Positions 49,889-62,789 of a stretch of DNA of 64,000 bases are shown in pieces. The notes beneath the pieces were generated by a model. The model made no database searches. It was not told where the DNA came from and worked only from the letters and a program-made list of their open reading frames with translations. Every line of letters starts with the position of its first letter. The stretch's first letter is position 1. This DNA is from Octopus bimaculoides (lineage: Eukaryota): the NCBI RefSeq assembly GCF_001194135.2, contig NC_069002.1, forward strand, positions 23,678,698 through 23,742,697, in the 5' to 3' direction. The translations under genes were made by a program, and so were the position numbers.

Positions 49889-52800
49889 TTCAGAAGGTGG
49901 AACTGGTAGAATTGTTACCAGGATGGGAAAAATGCTTAGTGGCATTTTGTCTGTACTTTTGTTCTGCATTCAAATACTGCAAAGGTCAACTTTGCCTTTC
50001 ATCCTTTCGGAGTTGATAAACTAAGTACCATTTGAGTATTGGGGTTGATGTAAACAGCAGTCCTCCTCCCCCAGAATCTTATGCCTTGGGTTTATATTAG
50101 AAAGGATTATTATTAAGGCAGCATGCTGGCAGAGCCGTTAGCCTGTCACACTAGATGCTTTGCAGCATATCCATCCTCACGTTCTGAGTTCAAATGCTGC
50201 CACAGTCACCTTTGCCTTTCATCCTGTTGTGGTCAATAAAATAAGTACCAGTTATGTACTGGATTGATGTAATTGACTTAACCCCTCCCCCGAAATTGCT
50301 GGCCTTGTGCTACAATTTGAAACCAATATATTTCATGCATTCAGCATTAAGGAAAATCAAATCACACATATTCATGCAATATGAGAAGACATTAGCTCAA
50401 TGACTTATAATTATGTAAATGATCTCAGTGAATAAGGGTGATAATTTCAAATATGTATAAACCTTATTAGATCTCTTCAGCTGAATATAAATTTCAACAC
50501 ATTTGTCAGATGCCTTTCAATATCTCTTCTGGCTCATAATGTTTCTCAGTTCAAGGTTTCCCAAGGTGAATTTTGTCCTTCATTCATTTAGGTGAGAGGC
50601 ATCAGGGAAATAAATTACCGCTTCCAAATTGTTGTGTTGTGCCTAAATTAGACTCATGTATATTACAATTATTTGATACTTCTGTATACTATCATGGTAG
50701 TTGGTCTTTGAGTTGTTCCTTGTAGAGGCAATAATTCCTTACATCTGGAACCACAAAGCAGCAAATTACTATTGCTATTGCAAAGGGTTCTATAAAATAG
50801 GAGTGTCATACCAAGGAATGATTTCAAGCCATTGCACCATTTCACCTCAAATGCAGTTCAAGATTTGTAACTCCACCAAATTTCAGCTGTTACTTTCTTC
50901 ATGAATCTTTATTTAAATTCTTTAGTATTTCAGCATGGCTCATGTTGGTATATATTTATTTCTTTATTGCCCACAAGGGGCTAAACATAGAGGGGACAAA
51001 CAAGGTCAGACAATGGGATTAAGTCGATTACATCGACCCAGTGCATAACTGGTACTTATTTAACCGACCCTGAAAGGATGAAAAGCAAAGTTGACCTCGG
51101 CAGAATTTGAATTCAGAACATAACAGCAGACGTAATACCGCTAAGCATTTTGTCTGGCGTGCTAACAGTTCTGCCAGCTCACTGCCATCATGTTGGTATA
51201 TATTTCCATCATCATCATCATCATTTAATGTCCGTTTTTCTATTCTGGCATGGGTTGAACGGTTTGTCAGGAGCTGGCTTGGCAGAAGACTGGAGCAGTC
51301 TTTACTGTCTATTTTGGCATGCTTTTTACAGCTTGAGTACCCTTCCTAATGCCAACCATCTTGCAGTGGTATATACTTGGAGGTGAATTCCTCTTTCTGA
51401 TGCTACTGTTTGGAGATAGAATAGTTTTCTGAATCCTCTTTTCGAGGTTGTTGACTTTGTTGATATCATCTTAATCATTTTGTGCTTTGATTGAGTGAAT
51501 AATTTTTGAGGTAAACGGTAGATTTGGAGCACAGTAGCAGCGGTCTCTGTAGGCAATTAGTGAGTATGAACAGTTTAGAAGTGAAATTAATTGGTTTTTA
51601 TGAGGAAGAGAAATGACAAATGAACCGTTCCACTTTTGAACTTAATAATAATTTCTTTGGCACAAAGCCACACGGTTTTAAGCAAGCGGGTGGGGCCATA
51701 GTTAATTGAATCACTTCAACTAGATATCAATTATTTATTTGACTGACACTAAACAGGTGAAAGGAAAATTATTCCTATCAATGGTTCTAGCTGGAAATAT
51801 CAAGGGAAATATAGGTTCAGGCATAGTTGCATGGTGCTCAGATGTGTGGTTTTTGAGTTCAGTCTCACTGTATGGCAGCTTGGTGTCTTCTGGAGCATTA
51901 ACTTGACCAATGTCTTGTGAATGAAGTTACTGGAAGGAAACTTGCTTGAAAGGCCATTGTATTTGTGTATGGTAATATGGCTCAGATGGAATTTGTTGAG
52001 CCAGAGATGCTGGATGCTCTCCTGTCGCCAACCTTTGTTTGTTTCCAAGCAAGGTAATATTTCCCCGAGGCCAGACATGTTTTCAGAGAGGATTGAAATG
52101 AATGACATTGCTTGTATGACAGCAACATTCATTTACAAACACACACGCACATAGACACCCACCCACCCACACATATGGAGGTATGTGGCTTAGTGCTTTG
52201 GGTATTGCCCTTATAATCATAAATTTGTGGTTTCAGTTCCTGGGCCAGGTAAAGCATTGTGTTCTTGAGCAAAACCCTTCATTTCACATTCCTCCAGTCC
52301 ACTCAGCTGGCAAAAATGAGTTGCATCTGCAATGGACTGGTGTCTCATCCATGGGGGAATTTACACACCACAGAACCTGGGAAAGTAACCTTGTGAACCT
52401 CTGGCTTGGGAAGGACCTTTGACCCTCTTTCTATATATAGGTGTGTGTTGTGTATGTATACACACACATACTTACTTACAATGAACTTCCTTCAGTTTCT
52501 GTCTACCAAATCCTCTCACAAGACTTTGGTCTTCCTGGAACTATAGTAGACATCTGTCCATGGTGCCACACAATGGGACTGAACCCAAAACCATTTAGTT
52601 TCCAATTGAGCTTCTTAACCACACAGCTATGCTTGCGCTTATATTAAATATTTCACATTAATATTTTTGTTGCTCCATGTTCAAATGGTCAGATTAAGGT
52701 GACTGATTGGCAGAATTGTCTGAGAGCTGGATAGAATAGCTTGTGCTATTTGTTCAGACTCTGCGTTCTGAGTTCAAATCTTTCCAAGGTCAAACATTGC

Positions 52801-53339
52801 CCATTATCTTTTCGGGGTGTCGACAACAAAATACCACTTCAGGCTGGTGAATTGGTGCAGCTATGAGAGGGATGGTGGTAGGCCATATAGCTTGTGGTGT
52901 TTGTTCTGGGCTTATGTTTTCTGAGTTCAAATCCTGCCTTGTCAGAATAAGCATGATATCACTTCCACTAGGAGTTGTAACCAATGACTTGTATCAGCAA
53001 GTTGATAAAACAATGGATGATTGACTATCACCACAATCATTACCACCACTAACATCTCCACCATCACCACTATTTCTACTGTTACTACCATCACCACCAC
53101 TACTACTACCACTACGATTAAACCCAACAACCACTACTACCACCGCTGCCACTGCACCACCTCCTTCTCCACCAACATCATCTGTACCACCATGATGATT
53201 GCACCCTTCACCACCAACTAACCATCCAATCAACCAACCACCCACCTATCACTACCACCTCCACCACCACCACCACTGTCATTCCTACAATAGCATTTTA
53301 GAAATTATTTCCCAGCAACTGGACACTTCTCTCATTATA

Positions 53340-54258
53340 CAGGGTCAAAAGTCTATGTCACATTCTAAGAACTCTTTTGTCATGAACTACAAATGGTAGC
53401 ATGATTGAACTGATGCCATTTAAAAGCTAAAAGTGTCAAGTTTTCTTCTGTTAATTTAATTTTGATTTAATTAATTAAATTCAATTTTATTTTTTTGTCT
53501 CTTTTCAGATCCAGTAATGTCATTCACAAAACAAGAGAAGTCATTTTGCATCCTAGAATACGCTAAAACTGAATCATGGACATGTGTTCAATGCAAATTT
53601 CGTACAATGTTTACCAAGCAGGCACCAGACAGATGTTCCATTTTGAATTGGCATGCAAAATTTAAGGAGGAGGGGTGTTTGGGCTTGCCAAAGAGAACAG
53701 GACACCCCTGTGCAAAATTCATGGTGAATAGGTTTATCAGTGTCCTCCAGCTTGTATGGTGTAAATTGCAGCCATCTCCTTCAGATGCTCCAAACAGTTG
53801 TTGATGGGAGCTGGAGTTCTCGACTGGCTATTCTGATTGATTTCTGGGGCTGCACTGGAAGGCTTGCCAAACTTGTTCAACCGTATCATCTAAGTTGAGA
53901 GGCGTCCTGTTCTCTTTGCCAAGCCGAAACACCCCTCCTCCTTAAATTTTGCATGCCAATTTAAAATAGAACATCTGTCTGGTGCCTGCTTGGTAAACAT
54001 TGTACAAAATTTGCATTGAACACATGTCCATGATTCAGTTTTAGCGTATTCTAGGATGCAAAATGACTTCTCTTGTTTTGTGAATGACATTACTGGATCT
54101 GAAAAGAGACAAAAAACAAAATTGAATTTAATTAATTAAATCAAAATTAAATTAACAGAAGAAAACTTGACACTTTTAGCTTTTAAATATCATCAGTTCA
54201 ATCATGCTACCATTTGTAGTTCATGATAAAAGAGTTCTTAGACTTTTGAAAGACCCTG
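53340..54258. mobile_element. Fold-back Tc1/mariner-superfamily derivative built from two inverted 5' ends
   Basis: TA|CAGGGTC...GACCCTG|TA with arms of about 360 bp (53340-53703 and 53905-54258). Each arm encodes MSFTKQEKSFCILEYAKTESWTCVQCKF..., a DUF4817-type transposase HTH. The spacer continues the transposase on the minus strand (SRELQLPSTTVW...TPYKL). Confidence 0.85.
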
Positions 54259-54358
54259 TATTCACCATTCAACCATAATAAAATTCTCCCCTAATTTCAT
54301 TGATTGTTTCCAGTTTCCGGTTGATTGATAAAATTTATTAAACTTTATTATTTTTCAG

Positions 54359-54479
54359 GGTTGACAGTAAAGGCAGCATCTGTGACCAGAAAGGGGTTTT
54401 TCGAATCAATTGTGTTGACTGCCTCGACCGGACAAATGTTGTACAAACAGCCATTGCAAGAATCGTCATGGAAACTCAG
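54359..54479 (+). CDS. INPP5F: Internal coding exon of a SAC-domain phosphoinositide phosphatase (Sac2/INPP5F-like), carrying the catalytic motif
   Basis: Acceptor tttttcAG at 54357-58 and donor GTaaat at 54480. The 121-nt exon (1+40 codons) translates (W)[40 protein letters not shown], containing the SAC CX5RT motif CVDCLDRT. From recall, the flanks resemble human INPP5F ([41 protein letters not shown]) more than SAC1 or FIG4. Confidence 0.9.
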
Positions 54480-54900
54480 GTAAATATATGCAACATGGGA
54501 TGATGCTGTTGTTTTGTTTCTGGTGATGAGTTTGTTTGATTGGTTGTTTTTTTTTTGTTTTTGTTTTGTTGCTGTTTTATGTTTCTGAAGTGAAAATAAT
54601 GGGCAAATAAATGGCTTGGTCTGAGATTCCTTGCTGAAATGAAAATGATTCCATTATGGAATTGTCAGGATAGACATTTTAGAAACTAGTTCTATAGGTT
54701 ATGTTTTTATATTACATTCACCTTTGGCATAATTTGTAACATTGTCTGACACACTCACACACACACGCGCGCACACGCACACACATATACACTTGTCCAT
54801 GTGTATACGTTTATATTAATATTTGTGTGTTTGTAAATATGTATATCATCATCATCAATATTTAATGTCTCTTTTTCCATGTTGTTTTGCTTGTTCATCT

Positions 54901-54945
<45 letters not shown>

Positions 54946-54992
54946 ATGATTTGATAAGTGGTGCTGAGTTTTACACTTTTGTAAATAATAAT

Positions 54993-55110
54993 AATAATAT
55001 TTCATAAGCTTAAAGCTTATAAGTGATCACCATGTGTTGACTAAAGAAAGTATTGACTAAGGAAAATACACAGTGATCATTTATAAGCTTTAAGCTTATG
55101 AAATATTATT
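54993..55110. repeat. Short inverted repeat, MITE-like hairpin
   Basis: 38-bp arms (aataatatttcataagcttaaagcttataagtgatcac) with 1 mismatch and a 42-nt loop. Confidence 0.8.
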
Positions 55111-55621
55111 AATATATATATTTATATGTGTGTGTGTGTGTGTGAATAAATGTGAATATACACACACACACACATATGTAAAATCACAACGTCATCATTT
55201 TAATGTCATCTTTTCTGTGCTTGCATTGATCAAAGGAGATTGCTAAAGGCAGGTACATATGCATGTGTATCTGTGTGTGTGTGTATATATATACATATAT
55301 ATATATGGTTGAGATGAAATTTGTTGAGGCACATGCATACAGGTATATGTATGCAATGTGTGTGTGTATGCATGCATGCATGTGTGTGTGTGTGTGTGTT
55401 TTTGCAAAGTTCAGTAACATTTGGGTAAAAGTATCATAGCATACTATACAAAGCTCATTCACAGGTATTGGCTACCACGTGTTATCATGCAGTGTGTATA
55501 TTCCTGTCACTTGGATATACATCTGAAATTCCATATTATCTTTTGAGTTTATAGAAAGGGACAAAGATGACAAAATGGATTGAGCAAATCCTTTCTTTCA
55601 TAGCGACATTTTTTGTAGTGA

Positions 55622-56690
55622 TATGAGCGTCAGTTACAAAGCTCATTGGCTGACCAATATACTCTCATGGAATATGACCGAATGGAGTTTATTTTTCAAC
55701 ATAGTCCTCCTTGTGATCCACACATTTCTCAAATTGGTGCTGTAGTGCCTGGATCTCATTGCTTAAGAAGTTTTCATCTTGTTGGCCAAAAACAGTCATC
55801 AGCAAAAGATATGATGTCATCATTACTACAATATTGATTCCCAGCCAAATGTTTTGATGTTCAGGAACAGGTGATAGTGAGATGGGGCCAAAACAGGGGA
55901 ATAGTGAGGCCGATCAACCAGTTCAATGCCACAGTCATGCACAGCAGCCTTTGAAACCAAAGACTTGTGTGCTGGAGCATCATCCTGATGAAACAAGACC
56001 CCTTTCATCAGTTTCCTTGGCATTTGGTCTTGATAACCTGTTGAAACTGCCTCAGCAAGTTGACATAAATAGTGAGAACCTTTTGAAGATAGCCAATAAA
56101 CACAATGCCTTTTGCATCCCAAATTCCTGGGGCCATCACCTTCCCTGGAATGACATGGGCCATTTTTGGAGTAGGTAAGGAAAGATGTTTCCACTGCATG
56201 GATGGTCACTTTGTCTTTGACTCAAAATGATGAATCCAATACTCATCCGGGGTTAGGAAACGTTTAAGAAAACCAGCTGGATCTGCCTGAAACAATGTCA
56301 GAGTTTGCCATGACATGATCGGCCTGGAGCACTTTTGATCAGGTGTCAAATGACATGGCACCAACAGAGCAGAAACCTTTGTCATGTTCATTGTGCAGAA
56401 TATTCTCAACTCTCTCACAGGATATACTAATAAAATAGGATATTTTGGTTTATAGTCAATCATTTGTCATCCATCAGCATGTGGTGAACACAATCAATGT
56501 TTTTCTTGGTGGAGGCAATTGCAGAAGAACTAGATGTTGGGTCATCTTCATCTCCTAAATTCAGCTGCCCCCACTATTGAATAAAGCTGGATCATCATCC
56601 CCTAATGTTGCAACCATATCAGCATGAATATCATTGGGTGCTAAGCCCTTTTCCTGCCGGTATTAGATAACACCACAATGCCGAATTCCA
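55622..56690 (-). mobile_element. Internally deleted mariner element
   Basis: LFHQDDAPAHKS...PHYSPVLAPSHYHLF, VMAPGIWDAKGIVFIGYL and RFLTPDEYWIHHFESKTK. Confidence 0.75.
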
Positions 56691-56924
56691 TGAGTTTTCA
56701 AGAGAAGTAGGTATTTGTTTCTTCTAAAGCCTTCTTTGAACAGCAGTCAGATCTCAGTTTAGATGGAAAAAAAAACAATGCAGTTATTAATGAGGTGACC
56801 GAAATTAAAACATGCAAAATTTCACACCTCTAGCACCACTCCTTCATAGTCAGCATATGAACTTTTCAGCCCTCCGTTGAATGTCATTCAATCCATTTTC
56901 TCTTATTCTTCTCTTTTTGGCACA

Positions 56925-56962
<38 letters not shown>

Positions 56963-57468
56963 TTTTCATCATCTTCATCATTTAATGTCCATTTTCCATG
57001 CTGGCATGCATTGGATGGCTTGACAGAGACTAGCAAGGCTAGAGGCTACCTTAGGTACCATAATCTGCTTCAATGGCTGGATACCCTTCCTAACATCAAC
57101 CAATTTACAGAGTGTGATGGGTACTTTTTACATGGCACCAGCACCCACACCAATGCTTATTACATGGCACCTCGGGTTTTGGCTCTCCATTCTGTTGTGG
57201 TGGGCAGGTCTTTTTGAATACAACAATGCACCACATATCTTGGTCCTTTGTCATCTCTTTCATAAGGTTCAATGTTTTGAGATTGGCGTTCACTACTTTA
57301 TCCCATACCTTCTTGGTCTCCTTCTTCCTCACCTGACCCAACACATTCCTGTCTCACCATTGCAAGTGTGGAAAAGTAAGCCTTAAAATGGTAATGATGG
57401 TTGGAATTATGGTAATGGTGATGATGATATATATATGTATACGTATATGTGTATGTATGTGTATAATA

Positions 57469-58197
57469 GGTTGAGGACAAAGTTTGGGTGCCGTGTTAAA
57501 ATAATGATTTTTTTATGCAAGAATTTATTTAAAAACAACAAATAAGGACCATTATTTTCTAGGACCTTCTACCAACGATCTGCAAGCTTTCAGATTTGGT
57601 CAAAATACCAATCCTTCGGCTTTGAATTGAAAAATTCTTGACAGGCTTCTTCAACTTTATCGAATGACTCAAATCGGTGACCTTTCATAAAGTGCTGCAC
57701 TGATCAGAAGTGACCGTAGCAACGTCTGGACTGTAGGGTGGATGTGGCAGAACTTCCACACCGTCCAATTCTTCAATCTTGTTGCTGGTTTTTCTGGCAG
57801 TTTGTGGCTTTGCATTGTCTTGTTGAAATAAAGTGCGTTTTCGATGAACACAGTGAGTTATCATCATCATCACCATCATCGTTTAATGTCCACTTTCCAT
57901 GCTAGCATGGGTTGGACGATTTGACTGAGGACTGGTGAACCAGATAGCTACATCAGGCTCCAATCTGATTTGGCAGAGTTTCTACAGCTGGATACCCTTC
58001 CTAACTCCAACCACTCCGAGAGTGTAGTGGGTGCTTTTACGTGCCACCAGCACGGAGGCCAGTCAGGCGTTACTGGCAATGGCCACACTCAAAATGAGTC
58101 ATCATTGAATATGACATAAACTGAATGAACAAACACACCACTAAAATATATTAAAAAAAGCATTATTTTAACACGGTACACAAACTTTTTCCTCAAC

Positions 58198-58198
<1 letters not shown>
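57469..58198 (-). mobile_element. Mariner deletion derivative with TIRs and a nested RTE-tail SINE
   Basis: TA|GGTTGAGGACAAAG...TTTTCCTCAACC|TA. Peptide LFQQDNAKP...EVLPHPPYSPDVA. SINE inserted at about 57862-58097. Confidence 0.8.
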
Positions 58199-58257
<59 letters not shown>

Positions 58258-59156
58258 NNNNNNNNNNNNNNNNNNNNNNNNNNNNNNNNNNNNNNNNNNN
58301 NNNNNNNNNNNNNNNNNNNNNNNNNNNNNNNNNNNNNNNNNNNNNNNNNNNNNNNNNNNNNNNNNNNNNNNNNNNNNNNNNNNNNNNNNNNNNNNNNNNN
58401 NNNNNNNNNNNNNNNNNNNNNNNNNNNNNNNNNNNNNNNNNNNNNNNNNNNNNNNNNNNNNNNNNNNNNNNNNNNNNNNNNNNNNNNNNNNNNNNNNNNN
58501 NNNNNNNNNNNNNNNNNNNNNNNNNNNNNNNNNNNNNNNNNNNNNNNNNNNNNNNNNNNNNNNNNNNNNNNNNNNNNNNNNNNNNNNNNNNNNNNNNNNN
58601 NNNNNNNNNNNNNNNNNNNNNNNNNNNNNNNNNNNNNNNNNNNNNNNNNNNNNNNNNNNNNNNNNNNNNNNNNNNNNNNNNNNNNNNNNNNNNNNNNNNN
58701 NNNNNNNNNNNNNNNNNNNNNNNNNNNNNNNNNNNNNNNNNNNNNNNNNNNNNNNNNNNATATATATATATATATACTCTTTTACTTGTTTCAGTCATTT
58801 GACTGTGGCCATGCTGGAGGACTGCCTTTGTTGAGCAAATTGACCCCAGGACTTATTCTTTGTAAGCCTAGTACTTATTCTATTGGTTTCTTTGGCCGAA
58901 CTGCAAAGTAACGGGGACGTAAACACACCAGCATCAGTTGTCAAACGATGTTGGGGAAACAAACACAGACACACAAACATATACAAACACACACATATAT
59001 ATATACATATACATACGATGGGCTTCTTTCAGTTTCCGTCTTTCAAATCCACTCACAAGGCTTTGGTCGGCCTGAGGCTATAGTAGAAGANNNNNNNNNN
59101 NNNNNNNNNNNNNNNNNNNNNNNNNNNNNNNNNNNNNNNNNNNNNNNNNNNNNNNN

Positions 59157-59196
<40 letters not shown>

Positions 59197-59864
59197 TTCT
59201 GAGAATAAAAAATAAATTTTTCTTTCAGTTTCCAAAGTAAAGAAAGGCACACACATACACAAACTCATATAAAGAAAACAAAAAAACTAGTAAGGAAACT
59301 TCCTTAAAAGTCACTTGATAAAGTATAATTTTGGCATCCATTCAGCAATGACTAATATTTTGTTGATATTAGCTTTGATACCATTTTCTCAATAAGCAAA
59401 TTGTATGTGTATGTGCATTTGTAGGCCTGTGTCTGTGTATGGACACATATTTGTGTATGTATGTGTGTGTCCATTCCTCTGCTGTGTAATGGCATGTTTC
59501 ATTTACTTGGTCAGAAGATGCATGGATGAATAAACTCTTGCCAAAGTATTTATCGTTATTTTCCAGTCTAAACTAAGAGTGAAGCTGATCTGCAACACCA
59601 GACTCAAATGTCTGAGAGTATTTTGTTTTAGCTATTTTCAATGTCAACTTTATGGTGAATTCTTTCACCATTAATAAAATAAGGACCAGTAATTTTGTGA
59701 AAATTGATCAAATTATCTCTACCACTCACTCCTAAATTTGTGACCTTGTGGTGGCAATGTGCCCTCGTAAGAAATTACTATCATTACTATTATCATTATC
59801 ATTATTATTATCATTATTATTATTATTATTATTATTAATAATAATAATAATAATGATAATATAT

Positions 59865-60078
59865 TAAGGCAGCGAGCTGCCAGAATTGTTAGTATGCCCG
59901 GTGAAATGCTTAGTTGTATTTCTTATGTTGCTATGTTCTGAGTTCAAATTCTGCCAAGGTTGACTTTGCCTTTCATCCTTTTGGGGTTGATAAATACTGT
60001 AATGAACTAGTCACCTCCCCCAAATTTCAGGTCTTGTGCCTCAAGTAGAAAGGATTATTATTATTATTATTATTATTA

Positions 60079-60119
<41 letters not shown>

Positions 60120-60340
60120 GTCATTATTATAATTATTATTATCAAGTAATGCAGTGAGCTAGCAGAATTGTGAGCATGCAGGGAAAAATTTTATGTTCTG
60201 AGTTCAAATTCTGCCGAGGTCAACTTTACCTTTCATCCTTTTGGGGGTCAATAAATTAAGTACCAGTTGAATACTGGGGTCGATATAATCGAGTTACCCC
60301 CTCCTCCAAGTTTCACGCCTTGTACCTATAGTAAAAAGGA
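59865..60340 (+). mobile_element. Two tandem SINE family 2 copies with (ATT)n tails
   Basis: gagctg(g)cagaa...gttctgagttcaaattctgcc...ttgcctttcatcc...agtagaaagga(att)n. Other copies at about 6040-6245 -, 25385-25790 -, 26500-26685 +, 27700-27940 -, 36400-36575 +, 45290-45690 -, 49200-49420 +, 49915-50330 +, 50950-51185 -, 61970-62190 +. Confidence 0.8.
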
Positions 60341-60355
60341 TTATTATTATTATTG

Positions 60356-60741
60356 TTCAGTAGTTTTATTTGTATAATGTGCTTTCACTTCACTACCGAG
60401 CGCAGCTCTGTGTGCCTTAGGTATGTGCTGTGGTTTGCTGTGATGCTCTTATGGTTACTGTATTGAAAGTGTTTTGCGTAGGATGTGTGCAGTGCCCAGT
60501 AGTGCAATTTTCTGTATGTTATATATATTTGTAAGTCCTGGTGTTTTTGTTATGTATTTGTCTGAATATTTTTTTATTATACCTAAGGCACCTACTATGA
60601 TAGGAATTGTTTCTGTTTTTAGATTCCACATTTGAGTTACCTCTATTTCCAGGTCTTTGTATTTTGAAAGTTTTTCCATTTCTTTTAGGGAAGCGTTGTC
60701 ATCTACTGGTATTGATACATCAATTAGAAAGCATTTTGTTC
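60356..60741 (-). mobile_element. 3' end of an RLE-type (R4/Dong-like) non-LTR retrotransposon
   Basis: CFLIDVSIP...EKLSKYKDLEIEV...IPIIVGALG...QKIALLGTAHILRKTL*, then a 3' UTR ending in (AAT)n. The 5' part lies in an N gap. Confidence 0.8.
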
Positions 60742-61734
60742 CTTCATGATCTTTGACAACTNNNNNNNNNNNNNNNNNNNNNNNNNNNNNNNNNNNNNNN
60801 NNNNNNNNNNNNNNNNNNNNNNNNNNNNNNNNNNNNNNNNNNNNNNNNNNNNNNNNNNNNNNNNNNNNNNNNNNNNNNNNNNNNNNNNNNNNNNNNNNNN
60901 NNNNNNNNNNNNNNNNNNNNNNNNNNNNNNNNNNNNNNNNNNNNNNNNNNNNNNNNNNNNNNNNNNNNNNNNNNNNNNNNNNNNNNNNNNNNNNNNNNNN
61001 NNNNNNNNNNNNNNNNNNNNNNNNNNNNNNNNNNNNNNNNNNNNNNNNNNNNNNNNNNNNNNNNNNNNNNNNNNNNNNNNNNNNNNNNNNNNNNNNNNNN
61101 NNNNNNNNNNNNNNNNNNNNNNNNNNNNNNNNNNNNNNNNNNNNNNNNNNNNNNNNNNNNNNNNNNNNNNNNNNNNNNNNNNNNNNNNNNNNNNNNNNNN
61201 NNNNNNNNNNNNNNNNNNNNNNNNNNNNNNNNNNNNNNNNNNNNNNNNNNNNNNNNNNNNNNNNNNNNNNNNNNNNNNNNNNNNNNNNNNNNNNNNNNNN
61301 NNNNNNNNNNNNNNNNNNNNNNNNNNNNNNNNNNNNNNNNNNNNNNNNNNNNNNNNNNNNNNNNNNNNNNNNNNNNNNNNNNNNNNNNNNNNNNNNNNNN
61401 NNNNNNNNNNNNNNNNNNNNNNNNNNNNNNNNNNNNNNNNNNNNNNNNNNNNNNNNNNNNNNNNNNNNNNNNNNNNNNNNNNNNNNNNNNNNNNNNNNNN
61501 NNNNNNNNNNNNNNNNNNNNNNNNNNNNNNNNNNNNNNNNNNNNNNNNNNNNNNNNNNNNNNNNNNNNNNNNNNNNNNNNNNNNNNNNNNNNNNNNNNNN
61601 NNNNNNNNNNNNNNNNNNNNNNNNNNNNNNNNNNNNNNNNNNNNNNNNNNNNNNNNNNNNNNNNNNNNNNNNNNNNNNNNNNNNNNNNNNNNNNNNNNNN
61701 NNNNNNNNNNNNNNNNNNNNTTCTTCTTCTTCTT

Positions 61735-61805
<71 letters not shown>

Positions 61806-61914
61806 CAAAAAAAAGGAGAGTGCCATTGTCATCAAATGAGCGATATTTTGACATCTTGTGTGTCTTCCACAGGTTCACATGTCATTCAACTTCATTTTGG
61901 TTAATATTTATAGG

Positions 61915-61974
<60 letters not shown>

Positions 61975-62399
61975 GTGAACTGGCTGAATTGTTAGTACAT
62001 CAGACATGATGTTTCATAGCATTTCTTCTGGCTTTTTCCTTCTGAGATCAAATGCTGCCAAGGTCAACATTACTTTTTATAATTTTGGAGTCAATAAAAT
62101 AAGTACCAGCCGAGCATTGGGTTGGATGTAATTAACTTATTCTCTTCTCCTAAAATTCTTAGATTATGCCAAAATTTGAAAGTTTGCTGTAGTAATTCTT
62201 GCTGTCACAGGATATTGTGGTATTGTAGTCTCCTTCACAGAATTAAACTTTTTTAAATGATACACTACCAAATGATATTATTGCTGCATCATGGGCTGGG
62301 ATATTAGCTGTTTCACTCCCTCATAATCATTTCAAGCTCTAAATGACCTTTCGCCCTGGAAACTATTTTCAAGGTCTTTTACCTTGTCCTACATCTGGG

Positions 62400-62730
62400 A
62401 TGTGAAGGCGCATGGTTCAGTGGTTAGAACATCAGGCTCACAATCATGTGGTATGAGTTCAATTCTCGGACTGGGCTGTGTGTTGTGTTCTCGAGCAAGA
62501 CACTTTATTTTCACATTGCTCTAATTCACTCAGCTATAGAAATGAGTTGCGATGTCACTGGTGTCAAGCTGTATCAGTCCCTTTGACTTTCCTTTGGATA
62601 ACATCAGTGGCATGGAGATGGGGAGGCTGGTATACATGAGTAACTGCTGGTCTTCTATGAAACAACCTTGCCCGGACTATGTTTCTAGGTGCAATCCCAT
62701 GGTCATTCATGCATACATTTTTGATAACAT
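62400..62730 (+). mobile_element. tRNA-headed SINE family 4
   Basis: tggttcagtggttag...gagttcaattc...gagcaagacactttatttt. Related copies at about 17305-17700 and 52180-52420. Confidence 0.55.
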
Positions 62731-62789
62731 CCTACTTTGTATATATTTTTGGTAAATATTGCCTGATTTTGTGCCTGTTACATAACTTA

